Shown here piece after piece: positions 1-12,507 of a stretch of 64,000 nucleotides of DNA (its first letter is position 1; every line of letters starts with the position of its first letter). The DNA comes from Okamejei kenojei (lineage: Eukaryota), in the NCBI GenBank assembly GCA_035221665.1, contig CM069159.1, positions 34,472,001 to 34,536,000 on the forward strand, given 5' to 3'. The notes beneath the pieces are model-generated. The model saw nothing but the letters and a program-made list of their open reading frames with translations. It was not told the DNA's origin and did not search any database. A program made the translations under genes and the position numbers.

Positions 1-545
1 CAAGCCAAAGAAATGTCCTAGATTACAGTATAATAATCGGGAAGAAATTAATATTAAACTTTTGGAAAGGTCCTATAACCCCCACAATTAAAATGTGGAT
101 TACGGAAATGTCGGAGACCCTACAGCTGGAAAGAATCAGATTTGCCTTAATGGACAAACAAGAACTCTTTGTTAGAATATGGTCTTCTTTCATCGATTAT
201 TTAAAAGGGTAGATTGGTTCGGCAGGGGGACCTAACTGAAACTTGGATTCAGGAACAGATGAAAAGTTACACTCTATATTCCTTGATCTTATCTCCAACG
301 ATGTGTTAATGGTAAATTATTCCATTCCTTATGATTTTATTTTTTGATTTTTCTTTTTTTCTCTTTTTTTCTCTCTCTTTTTTTTATTACTTTTAATCTA
401 TTAAAAAAAACTATTAGAGGCAGAATGATTCAATTGATAATATTAATAATGTATGTGATGTACTCGAAATACCTATACCATCATTTGTGTTTGCCAATTT
501 ATTGCTTACCTCTAATAAAAATATATTTTAAAAAAAACAAAAAAC
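1..545 (+). mobile_element. L1-clade LINE 3' end (ORF2 C-terminus, 3' UTR, poly(A))
   Basis: Frame from nt 3 reads SQRNVLDYSIIIGKKLILNFWKGPITPTIKMWITEMSETLQLERIRF...IWSSFIDYLKG*, with TAG at 210-212, typical of fish L1 ORF2 C-termini. T-rich UTR, AATAAA at ~514 and an A-rich tail follow. Confidence 0.8.
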
Positions 546-672
546 ATTTCTGGAGAAAATAGATAGGTGACATTTCATGTCTGAAGAAGGGTCCCGACCC
601 AAAACGTCACCTATCCATGTTCTCCAGAGATGCTGTCTGACCCGTTGAGTTACTCCAGCACTTTGTATCTAT
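546..672. mobile_element. Penelope-like pLTR fold-back fragment
   Basis: ctgaagaagggtcccgacccaaaacgtcacc...gatgctg...gagttactccagca motif, preceded by a short inverted arm. Confidence 0.7.
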
Positions 673-1649
673 CCACCAAAGAGATGGTGGAGATTCAGCA
701 ATTGATAGCCACTGCTCCATCATCTGGGAGGGTGAGTCCAGGGAAAAGAGCATTATTCTCTCTGGGAATGATAAGTATTATGACCACTGTACATTGCGGG
801 GTCAAGGAATGAGCGTTCACGTCGCGGCCGTGTTTCCACCAATCTTTCCACCACCACGCACGAGAAGCACAAGAAGCCACAAGACAGACACTATTGTGTG
901 CAGATGCCGAGAAGTGCGTTCAGCTCTGGCTGAACAACTTCTAATCTTGTGTGTGGACTCGATAAGAAGACCATACACCTGCATTCCTCGGTGTGGAGTG
1001 GAAGCAGGAAATGCCGGGGACATTCAGCAGGTCAGGCCGAGTCGGCGGAAAGGGAAACAGAGTTAATGTTTTAAATCAAAGACCCTTCATTGGAATTCTG
1101 AAGAGGACCTTTGGTCAATTGGTGAGAGAATGGAACAAGTTCAAGGCTGTCCAGCGATGAGGGAAATTAGAAGCGGCCTAGAGTTGCACTAATAGGAGTT
1201 CCTGAAAGGTGCGGTGGTGTGGAGCTATGGGCTGGAGTGGAATTGTAGGGTAGCACCATTTAAAGATGTTACTCCCAGACTGTTGTTAGAGATATTAATG
1301 ACGAACACACCTTTCACAGTGTTGAAAGAGTTGTAGGTGTTGACTGTTTTGCAGTGTTGACTGTTATACCTCACGTAAAATCTACCTCACGTAAGGGCAC
1401 CAAGTAAAGTGAATATTGGTGCACAACGCAGGGAGATGCTGGGGCAGGGAACCTTCATGGTGGGAGCACCTGCAGTGGTCACCATGGGCTGAAAAGGGAC
1501 ATTCTAACGGGAGCAATGGCAAGTCTGACAGAAGTGAAAATGAGGAAGATATGTCCTGGAGTGATGCCTAGTCTTTGATGAACAGACGGAACTGGTTGCC
1601 ACTGAAAATATTCACACTGCTAAGAAAAAAAAGTTGTCCCTTGAGCTTC

Positions 1650-1820
1650 CTGTGTACCTGTCACTTTAATTCTCCAACCCACTTGCACTCTCGTCTCTTT
1701 GCTTTCAACCTCCTACATTCCTCTGAATGTGCCCAATCTAATCTCGAGGAACAGCCTCTCATCTTCTGCCTGCACATATTGCAGCCCTTGGGATTTAATA
1801 TTGAATTTAACAATGTCAGG

Positions 1821-1823
<3 letters not shown>
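1650..1823 (+). mobile_element. Degraded Penelope GIY-YIG endonuclease C-terminus
   Basis: HFNSPTH...LEEQPLIFCLHILQPLGFNIEFNNVR* matches the better-preserved copies at 18521 and 29247. Confidence 0.7.

Positions 1824-1824
<1 letters not shown>

Positions 1825-1857
<33 letters not shown>
1825..1857. repeat. (CT)n microsatellite
   Basis: Pure CT run. Confidence 0.95.
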
Positions 1858-1859
<2 letters not shown>

Positions 1860-2250
1860 TATCATCTTTTCTCTGCACCTTATCACGGACATTCCCTCCG
1901 TTTCCCACATCCATTCCCCTCTCTGTAAAACACATTGGGGTCAATAACGTGATACAATACAGAAACCGGTGCTTCGGCCCATCGAGTCTATGCCAATAGT
2001 CTATACCCATTTACACTAATTCTACAATAGTCTCATTTATTACTCTTTCCACATTCTTTTCAACTCCCTTCCCTCCCCTCCTGTCATATTACTCACCTGG
2101 ACACCAGGGGCGATTTATGTGGTTAATTAACCTCCTATCACTTGTGAATTAGGGTGTTTGTGGCAGGAGGCTGAAATCCTAAGGAAGCCCAAGTAATCAC
2201 AGAACCAACATGCAAACTCCTCCTCGGTGTGTGACTGAAGTACCGCAGAT

Positions 2251-2544
2251 ATTCTTAGAATAAAGGGGAGGTCATTTAAGACTGAGGTGAGAAAAAATGT
2301 TTTCACCCAGAGAGTTGTGAATTTGTGGAATTCCCTGCCACAGAGGGCAGTGGAGGCCAAGTCACTGGATGGATTTAAGAGAGAGTTAGATAGAGCTCTA
2401 GGGGGTAGTGGAGTCAAGGGATATGGGGAAAAGGCAGGCACGGGTTATTGTTAGGGGAAGATCATCCATGATCACAATGAATGGCGATGCTGGCTCGAAG
2501 GGCCGAATGGCCTCCTCCTGCACCTATTTTCTATGTTTCTATGT
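2251..2544 (+). mobile_element. CR1 (HER1-like) LINE 3' end
   Basis: LRIKGRSFKTEVRKNVFTQRVVNLWNSLP-type ORF2 end, followed by ggctcgaagggccgaatggcct and a (TTTCTATG)n tail. Confidence 0.9.
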
Positions 2545-2983
2545 TAGGACTTTTGATCATAGATTGCGAGGCAGGGGATCGAGGAACTGCACCAAGGTGA
2601 CAAAGAGCGACCGGTGAGTGTCAGGACAAACTGTCTCCGGATTATTGTTGAGGTTTGACACCTGATAATGGAAATTCTGACAATAATTAGGCTGGGAAAT
2701 TGATATTTGAAATTTGGAGATTGAACGTGAGCCTGCTGTCTCCCGAGGGAAGAATCTGGCCTCACTGCTGAAATTGCTGCTGCATCTGCTGTCACCCTGT
2801 CCTGCAGCAGTCACCTTGTGGAGACTGAAAATCCCTCAAGTTGCTGGAGAATTCACAGCCCGGATGGATGCTTGCCGACGATCGAACATGCTGCCAGATT
2901 CGAGAGATGGGCCCTGTGGCATCCCAGGGCTTTCCTTTCCCACTTCCACTTTGGAGAATTATGGTGAGCCGCTCTTACATTTA

Positions 2984-3211
2984 TGCCCCTGTCCCACTTA
3001 GGAAACCTGAACGGAAACCTCTGGAGACTTTGCGCCCCACCCAAGGTTTCCGTGCGTTTCCCGGAGGTTTTTGTCAGTCTCCCTAATGGTCTAAAGTGGT
3101 TTCCGTTTCTTCTATATTCCAGCGAAGAAGCGGAAACCCTTTTCGACCATTAGGGAGACTGACAAAAACCTCCGGGATCCTCCGAAAACCGCATGGAAAC
3201 CTTGGGTGGGG
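2984..3211. mobile_element. PIF/Harbinger-type palindromic MITE, right TIR lost
   Basis: Starts TTA|TGCCCCTGTCCCACTT, the TIR shared with 12508 and 34150. Internal inverted arms span 3035-3211. Confidence 0.7.
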
Positions 3212-3337
3212 TTGACACACACACCCAAACATAATGCCTCGGGGAACAGTTATTAAGACAGAGAGGAGGGTTGACACACACACACACCCAAACTCTGACA
3301 TTGGGGCAAGCATTCAAAGTGTCGGACACCAGGATAT

Positions 3338-3857
3338 CATAAGGTCATAAGTGATAGGAGCAGAGTTAGGCCATTCAGCCCATTTACTCCACCATTCAAT
3401 CATCGCTGATCTATCTCTTCCTCCTATCTCTGTTCTCCTGCCTTCTCCCCATAAACTTCAACACCCGTACTAATAAATTACCTATCTATATCTGCCTTAA
3501 AAATATCCAAGATTTCCAAAAACATCTTCAGCCTCTCCAGAAATGGAAGATCATTGCATACAATTCTTTTTAAATATGACCATAAGAAACACGGCGAAGA
3601 GTAGATCCAAGACAGACATCCTCTAAAGGAGAGTCTTGACTGGTCTACATCTTTGGTGTAAACCAGCATCTGCAGCTCCTTCCTACACAAAAAAAGATCT
3701 TTGAGTTAGATAGAGCTCTAGGGGCTAGCGGAATCAAGGGATATGGGTAGAAGGTAGGCACGGGTTACTGATTGTGGATGATCACAATTAATGGCGGTGC
3801 AGGCTAGAAGGGCCAAATGGCCTCCTCCTGCACCTATTTTCTATGTTTCTATGTTTC
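3338..3857. mobile_element. Cluster of CR1 3'-end fragments (minus 3338-3510, plus 3702-3857) with a Penelope scrap
   Basis: CR1 3' UTR motifs and tails in both orientations. Confidence 0.75.
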
Positions 3858-4682
3858 CAAAATGATCTGACCCCTCCTCATTGCAGCACTCAAAACTCTA
3901 TCCATCGCTGTGTTGAATAGACTCCCTGACGGAGAATTCCAAAGGGTCACAATTCCCAGAGTGAAGACGTTTCTTTTTCCTCATCTCAGTCCGAAATGCC
4001 GTCCCATTCTCCTGAAGCCACGATCACAGATTTGGATTCTAACTTTCAATGAATCTTGTATTTTCAAATAGAAGAACTTGTATTCCTCTCAACTCCAGAG
4101 ACCGTGAGCCCCTCTGTTCTGTCTCTTCCGACATCACCTCCCACATTGCAGGAATCAATTTGGAGAGCCCTTATCCACCACCCAAGGGAAATTTATCGTT
4201 GCTAAGGCAAGTAGATCAAAACTGTGCACAGTATTCCAACACAGGATCTACAGTGGACAATTCTCAGTGCAACCTTGTCCTACTTTTTCAAGATTTGTCG
4301 AGAATATTTTGATTTTAGAAGCAAATTAATAGCCTCTCTTTTCCCTTCAATGCACAGTTAACAATTTTATTAGAGAAAAATGCATCCAGCTGAGCTCCCA
4401 CAATATTCTCTCTGGGTCAGGATCAATGAGAAATATAATTGATGTTCAGCTGTGTGTGTGTGTAAGATTTTTTTAAAATGTATTTAAAGGTATTCCGTTG
4501 AGATAGAACAAAGTGCCAAGATCAAACAAAGTATACAGCGATTATAAGATCTAATTAGGGCAAGGAGAAAAATGAAATCAGGTGAGATGAAGAGGGAAGG
4601 GTGAATAAAGACTGACATCATCCACCAGACAGGCTGAAGGGCTTCCTCATGTTGATGATGTTGATATTTTATTGTCACATGT

Positions 4683-4947
4683 ACCCAGGTACCCTCCCCC
4701 ACCCTAGTCGCACCAGCTTCTCATTTTCACACCACAAACAGCTCACAATGGCTTGTTCCCTTTATCATCAATACTTTTTTGCATATCTTTCATTCATTGT
4801 TCTTTATCTCTCCACATCACCGTCTATATCTCTCGTTTCCCTGATCCCTGACCAGTCTGAAGAAGGGTCTCGACCCGAAACGTCGCCTATCTCCTTCGCT
4901 CCTTAGATGCTGCTGCACCCGCTGAGTTTCTCCAGCTTTTTGTGTAA
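4683..4947 (+). mobile_element. Penelope-like 3' UTR and pLTR
   Basis: Same UTR as 18310-18520 and 29019-29190 (reverse), followed by a hammerhead core and pLTR. Confidence 0.8.
4857..4884 (+). ncRNA. Minimal type I hammerhead ribozyme core (Penelope-associated)
   Basis: CTGAAGA-A-GGGT(CTCG)ACCC-GAAA-C-GTC: full CUGANGA/GAAA core, stem II and palindromic ACGT stem III. Activity untested. Confidence 0.65.
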
Positions 4948-5146
4948 CCCACAGTGAAAATCTTTGTATTTGCGCACAAAGTACACAAAAGAGACGCCAC
5001 AAAATTACGAAAAGTACTCTTTTTCAATACAGTACATTACTTTCTCTGAAGGTCTGTATTTCAGGATCGCTTCATCCCAAAGAGGTTTAAGGGCAATGGC
5101 AGTCCTACTCCCACTCTCTTGCTGAAATAGTGTCGGTTGACTATGT

Positions 5147-5692
5147 TGAGTTTAGTTTTATTGTCACGTGTACCAAGGTACAGCAAAATTGTTGCGTGCT
5201 AATCGGTCAACAGAAAGACAATACACGATTACAATCGAGCCATCCACAGTGTAGAGACACATGATGAAGGTTCAAGAAGGAACGGCAGATGCCGGAAAAT
5301 CGAAGGTAGACAAAAGTGCTGGAGAAACTCAGTGGGTGCGGCAGCATCTATGGAGCGACGGAAATAGGCAATGTTTTGGGCCGAAACGTTGAAGAAGGGT
5401 TTTGGCCGAAACGTTGCCTATTTCCTCCGCTCCATAGATGCTGGCGCACCCGCTGAGTTTCTCCAGCAATTTTGTCTACCATGATGAAGGTTCATAAGGT
5501 TAATAAGAGTTTCGTGCAAGATAAAGTCCTGTAAAGTCTGATCAAAGATTGTCTGAGGGTCTCCAATGAGGTAGATATTAGCTCAGGACTGCTCTCTAGT
5601 TGTTGGTGTGGTGGCTCACTTCAAGTTGCCTGATGACAGCTGGGAAGAAACCATCCCAGAATCTGGAGGTGTGCGTTTTCACACCTGTACCT
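5147..5692 (-). mobile_element. Rex1/Babar LINE 3' end, interrupted by a Penelope fold-back insertion
   Basis: Reverse strand encodes THTSRFWDGFFPAVIRQL and the 3' UTR also seen at 57590-58085. Confidence 0.7.
5271..5480. mobile_element. Short Penelope-derived fold-back insertion with TSD
   Basis: Self-complementary pLTR arms flanked by direct repeat atgatgaaggttca (5261-5274 and 5481-5494). Confidence 0.85.
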
Positions 5693-6184
5693 AAACTCAA
5701 CACAAAGGCCAAATTGCTTTCATTCAATATTGTGTGCTTTTCTACAGAATTTCCATACAAGAGGTCTCTGGGCCAATTTGTTTCTGCACTAGTTTCCAAC
5801 CCAACCCACCACCCTGAAATACAGTTTGAGGAAGTTATTTTAGGAGATATTTCATTGGTCACAATAGGCAATAACATGGAGGAAAGGCAAGGCTTATAGA
5901 AAAAGGACTTTTGTACAGCAAACGCAATTTACTTTGAAAACAAATACAGGAAATAGCAGAAACTGCAGCGACTTGGGCGGGACAGTGGCTCAGTGGTAGA
6001 GCTACTGCCTCACAATGCCAGAGACCCAGACCCAGAGATGCCAGAGCATACGTCCTTTGAACAGAGATCTTTGTGGAACATTATTGGTCTGTATGGGGAT
6101 GTCAGCGGTTATGGGGAGAAGGCAGGAGAATGGGGTTGAGGGGGAAACATAAATCAACCGTAATTGTGTGGCAGAGTAGACCTA

Positions 6185-6630
6185 GTTTAGTTTAGTTTAC
6201 AGATACAGCGCGAATACAGGCCCTTTGGCCCATCGAGTCCGCACAGACCAGCGATTCCCGCACATTCTTCTTTTTGCGTATGGCGTGCACAGCCTAAAGT
6301 TGTAGGACAATGTGTTCTATTTGATCTTATTTGATTGTGCACGCCAGGTTGATTGCATTCATCAAAACAGGTGAAGGTTGCAATCTCCCACCCCACCGCA
6401 CATTAAACACTACACACACACACGAGGGACAATTTTTTACATTTACTACAAGCCAATTAACGTACAAACTTGGAGTGTGGGAGGAAACCGAAGATCTCGG
6501 AGAAAACCCACGCAGGTCACGAGGCGATGTACAAACTCCATACAGACAGCACCGGTAGTCAGGATCGAACCTGGGTCTCTGGCGCTGTAAGAGGTGTAAG
6601 GCACGAACTCTACCGTTGTGCCACCGTGGC
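6185..6630 (-). mobile_element. HE1/V-SINE (tRNA-derived) carrying a nested retroposon
   Basis: tRNA-like head, V-domain (gtgggttttctccgagatcttcggtttcctcccacactccaa) and (TAAAC)n tail. Confidence 0.9.
6267..6394 (-). mobile_element. Short HDV-ribozyme-headed retroposon, copy 1 (ribozyme decayed)
   Basis: Inserted in an HE1 SINE with TSD ccgcacatt (6258-6266 and 6396-6404). 5' GGGGTGGGAGATTGCAACCTTCAC, 10-nt deletion, catalytic C changed to T, GAA tail. Homologous to 37030-37172. Confidence 0.85.
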
Positions 6631-7004
6631 CTAATTCTGCTCCCATCACATGAACTTATGAGGACTGATGATAGGGTGAGAGAGGGAACAAAGGCATGAT
6701 AGATATCATCCTCTGTTGGTGATGCTCTATCCTCCTGCTCTCCCTTCTGGCAATAAGCAAGGTACCATTGACCAAGTACTCCCTTTCTCCTGGTGACTCC
6801 GGCGTGATGAATAGGCACCGCACTGATTCTTCGTAGAAGTGCTCACGAGGTTTCCCAAAATAAATGTTCCTTAGGTGTTGATGGATCCATGATAAAGTGT
6901 CGCAGAAATTCCCCTGTGCCTTCCAACATTTCTCTAACACACCTCCAAAAGTAATTGAAGAGCAGAAATGTGAAGCAACTTGAAGCAGCAGGTTGTTCAT
7001 TCTG

Positions 7005-7381
7005 AAGATTGTTAAGGGCTTGGACACGCTAGAGGCAGGAAACATGTTCCCGATGTTGGGGGAGTCCAGAACCAGGGGCCACAGTTTAAGAATAAGGAGT
7101 AAGCCATTTAGAACGGAGACGAGGAAACATTTTTTCTCACTGAGAGTGGTGAGTCTGTGGAATTCTCTGCCTTAGAAGGCAGTGGAGGCAGGTTCTCTGG
7201 ATGCTTTCAAGAGAGAGCTAGATAGGGCTCTTAAAAATAGCGGAGTCAGGGGATAAGGGGAAAAGGCAGGAACAGAGTACTGATTGGGGATGATCAGCCA
7301 TGATCACATTGAATGGCGGTGCTGTCTCGAAGGGCCAAATGGCCTACTCCTGCACCTATTGTCTATTGTCTATTGTCTATT
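7005..7381 (+). mobile_element. CR1 LINE 3' end
   Basis: KIVKGLDTLEAGNMFPMLGESRTRGHSLRI... and a (TATTGTC)n tail. Confidence 0.9.
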
Positions 7382-7659
7382 AATCAGTCGGCCACCGTGG
7401 GGAGAGGATGATGAGTCAAGTAGCTCCCAGCAAAATGTTGTGCAAACCCTATAGCTGAGTATGGGCGAGCAACTTGCATAGAGATCTTTAACCACCACAT
7501 GTGCAGCTGTCCTTACCTGGGTTTCAACTCTTGTTCTAAAGATAGGAAGAACTGCATTCATAGGAAGAACATTCATACTGCGCCTTTCACATCGCTTACC
7601 GTAAACAGGAAGCTATGTCCTTTGTGGCATGATCCCTCAAACACCACTCGGATAATCAA

Positions 7660-8470
7660 CATTGGGTTTTGCTAATGGTGGGATAAAATTGGCCAGGCGT
7701 GCACAGTTCTTCTGCAAAATAGTGGTGTGAGGTCTGGGAATGCTAATGAGACTTTGGTTTAACATCGTAACAGTGTCATAGAGTCATACTGTCTGGAAAC
7801 AGGCCTTTCGGCTCAACCTGCCCACAAGACCAACATGTCCCACCTACACTAGTCCCACTGGCCTGCATTTGACCCATATCCCTCCAAACCTGTCCTATCC
7901 ATGTACCTGTCTAAATGTTCCTTAAACATTGCAATAGTACCTGCCTCAACTACCTCCTCCAGCAGCTCGTTCCATACACCCACCGCCCTTTGTATGAAAA
8001 AGTTACTCCTCAGGTTCCTATTAAATATTTCCCCCCTCACCTGAATCCTAATTAAAATGGCGGCACAGTGGCGCAGAGATGGAGTTGCTGCCTTACAGCG
8101 CCAGAGACCCGAGTTTAATCCTAACCTAAAGTGCAGTCTTTATAGAATTTGCATGTTCTCCCTGCGACCGAGTGGGTTTTCTCCAGGTGCTCCAGTTTCC
8201 TCCACACTACAAAGAGGTACAGGTTTGTAGATTAATTGGTTTCTGTAAATTGTAAATTGTCCCTAGTGTGTAAGATAGTGCTAGTGTAGGGGTGATCGCC
8301 GGTAGGCGCGGACTTGATGGGGAGAAGGGCCTGTTTCCACGCTGTATCACTAACGTCGAAAGAAAATCCCATCTGACAGACAGCACTCCCTACAGTACAG
8401 CACTCCTTTCGCACTATTCTAGGGTGGCAGCTGAGGTGTCTGTGCCCCAAGAATTTGATCCTTGAAGCTT
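7660..8470 (-). mobile_element. Old DeuSINE (SacSINE1-like) remnant split by CR1 (7775-8041, minus) and HE1 SINE (8058-8352, plus)
   Basis: Fragments ttcttctgcaaaatagtg...ggtttaacatc and catctgacagacagcactccctacagtacagcactcc resemble the Deu domain. The nested CR1 and HE1 are clear; the DeuSINE call is weaker. Confidence 0.5.
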
Positions 8471-9314
8471 GTGCCTTGGGAGGCATTTGGCACAGATCAA
8501 GAAAGCATCTTGCATGAAATGTGGGTAAAACCCCATTTCAGTTTAAGTCGCCCAACTGGTTCATTGCAGAATCTCTCAGCTTGTGAAGGAGCTGTCAGGA
8601 ATCACTTCCTGAATCTGAGCTCAACACCTACAAACACGAAGAAAATTGAACCCCACCCCCCTTATTAAAGCTGTGGTCTCTTAAGATGACAAATGTGATG
8701 GTTGCCATGACAGCAGAAATTCACAGTAATAATTGACACTATGATCAGGCTCCAAATTATATGTTGGTTCAGAAATGCACAGCTCACGCAGTAGTAAAAC
8801 CCACTCTCAATATTTCTGTGTCTGTTCCACGTACACCAGAAATAAAAGTCTTGCTGTGTTCCATTGCCTGGCCATTAGCACACCATGCTGAATTAAAGGG
8901 ACTTTGTTTTTGTAAAGATTCTGCCTGGTCTTCTTACTGCACAGAAGATGCCTGACAAATACTGATCAACTTCTAAACCAGACGGACTGCAGTGTTGTTC
9001 CAATGCCAGCATTTTCCTGGGAGTTCCAGGAATTACAGATTGAAGCACACCATGGTGAAACAAGCCTCATGGAGAAAATTCTCAGTAGTTCTTTGAACAT
9101 TTTCATTTGGAAAATATTGCCAACAGAAGGACTTAGTAAAATGGCTGAGTAAAACCACCGGTTTTGCAATAAGTGGGGGAGGACATGGTGTCCCAAAGGA
9201 TGAACGGGTCAGAGGGAAAGGCAGGAGTTTTGAGTTGGTGGAAGGGGGGTGGGAGGTAGTCCTTGCTGATTAACATTGTCTTCAATCTTCAATCTTCAAT
9301 CTTCCAATCCTCAT

Positions 9315-9610
9315 CAAAGGACACCGAGTGCCGGAGTAACGCAGCAGAGCAGGCAGCATCTCTGGAGAGCATGGATCGGTGACGTTTCGGGTCGAGACCC
9401 TTCTTCAGACTGATTGGGGGTGGGGTTGAAGAAAGCTGGAATAAGGGAGAGAGAGGACAAAGCAAGGCAAGTAATTGATGGACCCAGGCTAGGAGGGGTG
9501 GCTTTCATCGACAGACCGTGGGAACAAAGGCGAGAGATAAAAACATAAAGGGTGAGACAGAATTGAAGAGTTGTGAAGCCAGAGGGAGGAATGTAGCAGG
9601 AGGAAGGGGG
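9315..9610 (-). mobile_element. Penelope pLTR and 3' UTR with intact hammerhead core (9381-9408)
   Basis: gacgtttcgggtcgagacccttcttcag, the reverse complement of the core at 4857. Confidence 0.8.
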
Positions 9611-9778
9611 CACTTTGTGTCACTTTGTTCATTAATCACCATCTGTAGTTCCCAGTTTCTTCCAATACTCACCATTGTTTTTATAATTCCTCTATGGCCT
9701 TGCCCCAACCTGTTTCAATAACTCCTAGAACATTTCCAGTAAAGCCAGCCATGAGACCCTTCAGACTGCAAGCTATAG

Positions 9779-10043
9779 CTAGACGCAAAATGTTGGAGAA
9801 ATTCAGTGGTACAGGCAGCATCTCTGGACCGAAGGAATGAGTGACGCTTTGGGTCAAGACTCATCATCAGACGTCTGAAGAATGGCTTCGACCCTAAACA
9901 CCACCCAAGAGTCTGAAGGACGGTCTCGACCCGAAACGTCACCGCTTCCTTCTCTCCAGAGATGCTGCCCATCCCGTTGAGTTACTCCAGCATTTTGTGT
10001 CTATCTTCGATGTAAACCAGCATCAGCAGTTCCTTCCCACACA
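9779..10043. mobile_element. Penelope fold-back element containing two tandem decayed hammerhead cores
   Basis: Inverted pLTR arms; cores start at 9875 and 9913 (38-nt period). Confidence 0.8.
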
Positions 10044-10784
10044 TTTTGTATGGAAGCTATAGCTGGTACATGTGCAATCCTCCCGCGTCCGCTGCACACG
10101 CACCAGTTAGAGCCTGCGGCCTAAAAGCCGTGAGTTGATGACCCCCCCCCCCCAAAAAATAAAACGGGCTTGAGAGAGGACAATGCAGAGCACTCTTTGA
10201 AGCACTGGAAATGTTTAAATTACTGCAGAGTCCTCAGTGATGCACCAGCCATCTCTGCATTCTTTAGCCCTCCAAACAGAATCCTTGACTCTCTGCACCC
10301 CGTCATCGATCATAGACCATGTTCCATTTGTTTCTGAGCTGAACAAAGGGATTGGCGAACATCGCAAACCAAAAGAACTGCAAATAAGAAATCAAAAAGA
10401 ACGTCAGATCGATAACATAATTTTCTCCAGATAATGTTTTGCTGAATTTGTTTGATTGATTCAGTAGAAGCACCCGCCGCTCGCAACACGCAGGATCAAA
10501 CCTGGTCACCTGGAGAGAATTTAATGAGAGTTTGACTCTTTATTCACACCTGGTAAGGTAAGGGGGAGTAACAGAGAGGTACTGAGGGAGGAACAGCAGT
10601 CAGATCAAAGAGATTTTTTCAGGGGTGCAAATAATTTAACTCCTGTCAGAACAATTTATTATGATCAACATCCTAAATAGACGGCAACCCTGCCGCAATA
10701 AAAATGTGGCTTTAAAACTCAGCCTCACGGGGAGATGGATCAGTGGCAATATGACCTTCCCACAATGTGAAGGTGAAGATATGG

Positions 10785-11310
10785 GTTGTTTAGTTTAGTT
10801 TAGAATAGAGATATAATGCGGAATCAGGCTCTTCAGCGCACGGAGTTCACGTTGACTGGCGATCCTCGTACGCTAACACACACTCTACACACACTCGGGA
10901 CAATTTACGATTTTTACCGGAACCAATTAACCTACAAACCTGTAGGAAGGAACTGCAGATGATGGTTTAAACCGAATGTAGACACAATAAACTGGAGTAA
11001 CTCAGCGGGTCAGACAGCATCTCCGAAGCATCTCCGGACAAAAGGAATAGGTGACTTTTCAGGTCGAGACCCTCCAGTCGGAAGAAGGGTCTTGACCTGA
11101 AACAACACCTTTTCTTTTTGTCCAGAGTTGCTGCCTGACCCGCTGAGTTACTCCAGCCTCTATCTATCTAACCTACAAACCTGCATGTATTTGGGAGGAA
11201 ACCGGGCACCTGGAGAAAAACCACTTGGTCACGGGGAGAACGTACAAACTCTGCTCAGACAGCACCCGTAGTCATGATCGATCCTGTGAGGCAGCAACTC
11301 TAAGGGTGCA
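10785..11310 (-). mobile_element. HE1 SINE with nested Penelope fold-back (~10941-11168)
   Basis: SINE sequence taacctacaaacctg is repeated on both sides of the pLTR palindrome. Confidence 0.8.
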
Positions 11311-11825
11311 GAAATTAAGGCAGGTGGGGGAACGGGGGTGGGGGGGGTCCAGTTGCGATCCAGTTGTCTTATCTGCACTGATGCAGTAAATCTCGCATTC
11401 ATGAACCCACTGAGTCTCAGGAAAGGTGTCCACATTGGAAGAGGTCACCTGCTCCAACCTCAATGCCAATGACCAAAGGCAAAGGGTCCACTGCATCCCG
11501 AGTGAGGGAAGGGTCCCTGGCATAACTACAAGAGAGTGAGATAGAGCAGAGACAGCGTATGACAGGGGGCAGGTTGTTAATGCAAGTGAGAACAGGCAGA
11601 TTACAGACAGTTCAAAAGGAAAGTTAAAAAGGAAATAAGGAAGGTACAGAGCATGAGAAATGATTGGCAGCAAACCTAAAAGGGAATCCAAAAATATTCT
11701 GAAGGCATGGAAACACAAAAAGGGTTTAAAGATCAGAGCTGAGGATGATTAGAGACTGTAAAGGAGATATATGCTTTGGAGGCACGAGGCAGGAGCATCT
11801 TGATAAAAGGCTTTCTACAGCTTTC

Positions 11826-12240
11826 TACTAGTCCCACCTGCCTGAGTTTGGCCCATTTACCTCTAACCCTGTCCTATCCATGTGTCTTTAGACTTTACTT
11901 TAGACTTTAGACATGCAGCGTGGAAACAGGCCCTTCGACCCACCGAGTCCGCACGTATTCCCCGTATACTAACACTATCCTACACTCCAGGGAAAATTCA
12001 CAACTTTACTTTAGCCAATTAACCTACAAACCTGTACGTCTTTGGAGTGTGGGAGGAAACCGGAAACTCACATGGTTAGAGGGAGAATGTACAAACTCCA
12101 TACAGACAGCACCCATAGTCAGGTTCGAACCCGGGTCTCCGTCGCTGTAAGGCAGCAGCTCTACTGCTACACCACTGTGCGACACTGTATCTGTCTAATG
12201 TTTCTTAAACATTGCGATAGTACCTGCTTCAAATGCCTCA
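11826..12240 (-). mobile_element. CR1 3' fragment with nested HE1 SINE (11887-12182)
   Basis: CR1 3' UTR (ctagtcccacctgcctg...) resumes after a full SINE with a (CTAAAGT)n tail. Confidence 0.8.
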
Positions 12241-12507
12241 AACGACCTTCCAAGATCGGCAACGTGCCAGTTACATGCCTGATGGTACATGACCCCTTTT
12301 ACTGCCAATCCCATTAATATTTCAGTTCCTATGAGAGCAGTCTAAGCAGTAAAATGACTGGTCGGATTAATTTTGGTGGCAGAGACAGTTCTAGAAACAA
12401 TAAAGAACCAAACAAGTAGTCACTTGGGCTAATGTGGACTGATTAGTTGAGTTTAGTTTATTGTCACGTGTACCGGGGTACAGTGAAAAGCTTTTGTTGT
12501 GTGCTAA

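Noticed and set aside
2808-2963. Possible plus-strand exon (cag|...ATG|gtgagc); similar weak candidates at ~38480-38570, ~40030-40210 and ~51167
   Set aside because: Splice-like signals only; no recognisable protein and no consistent gene model.
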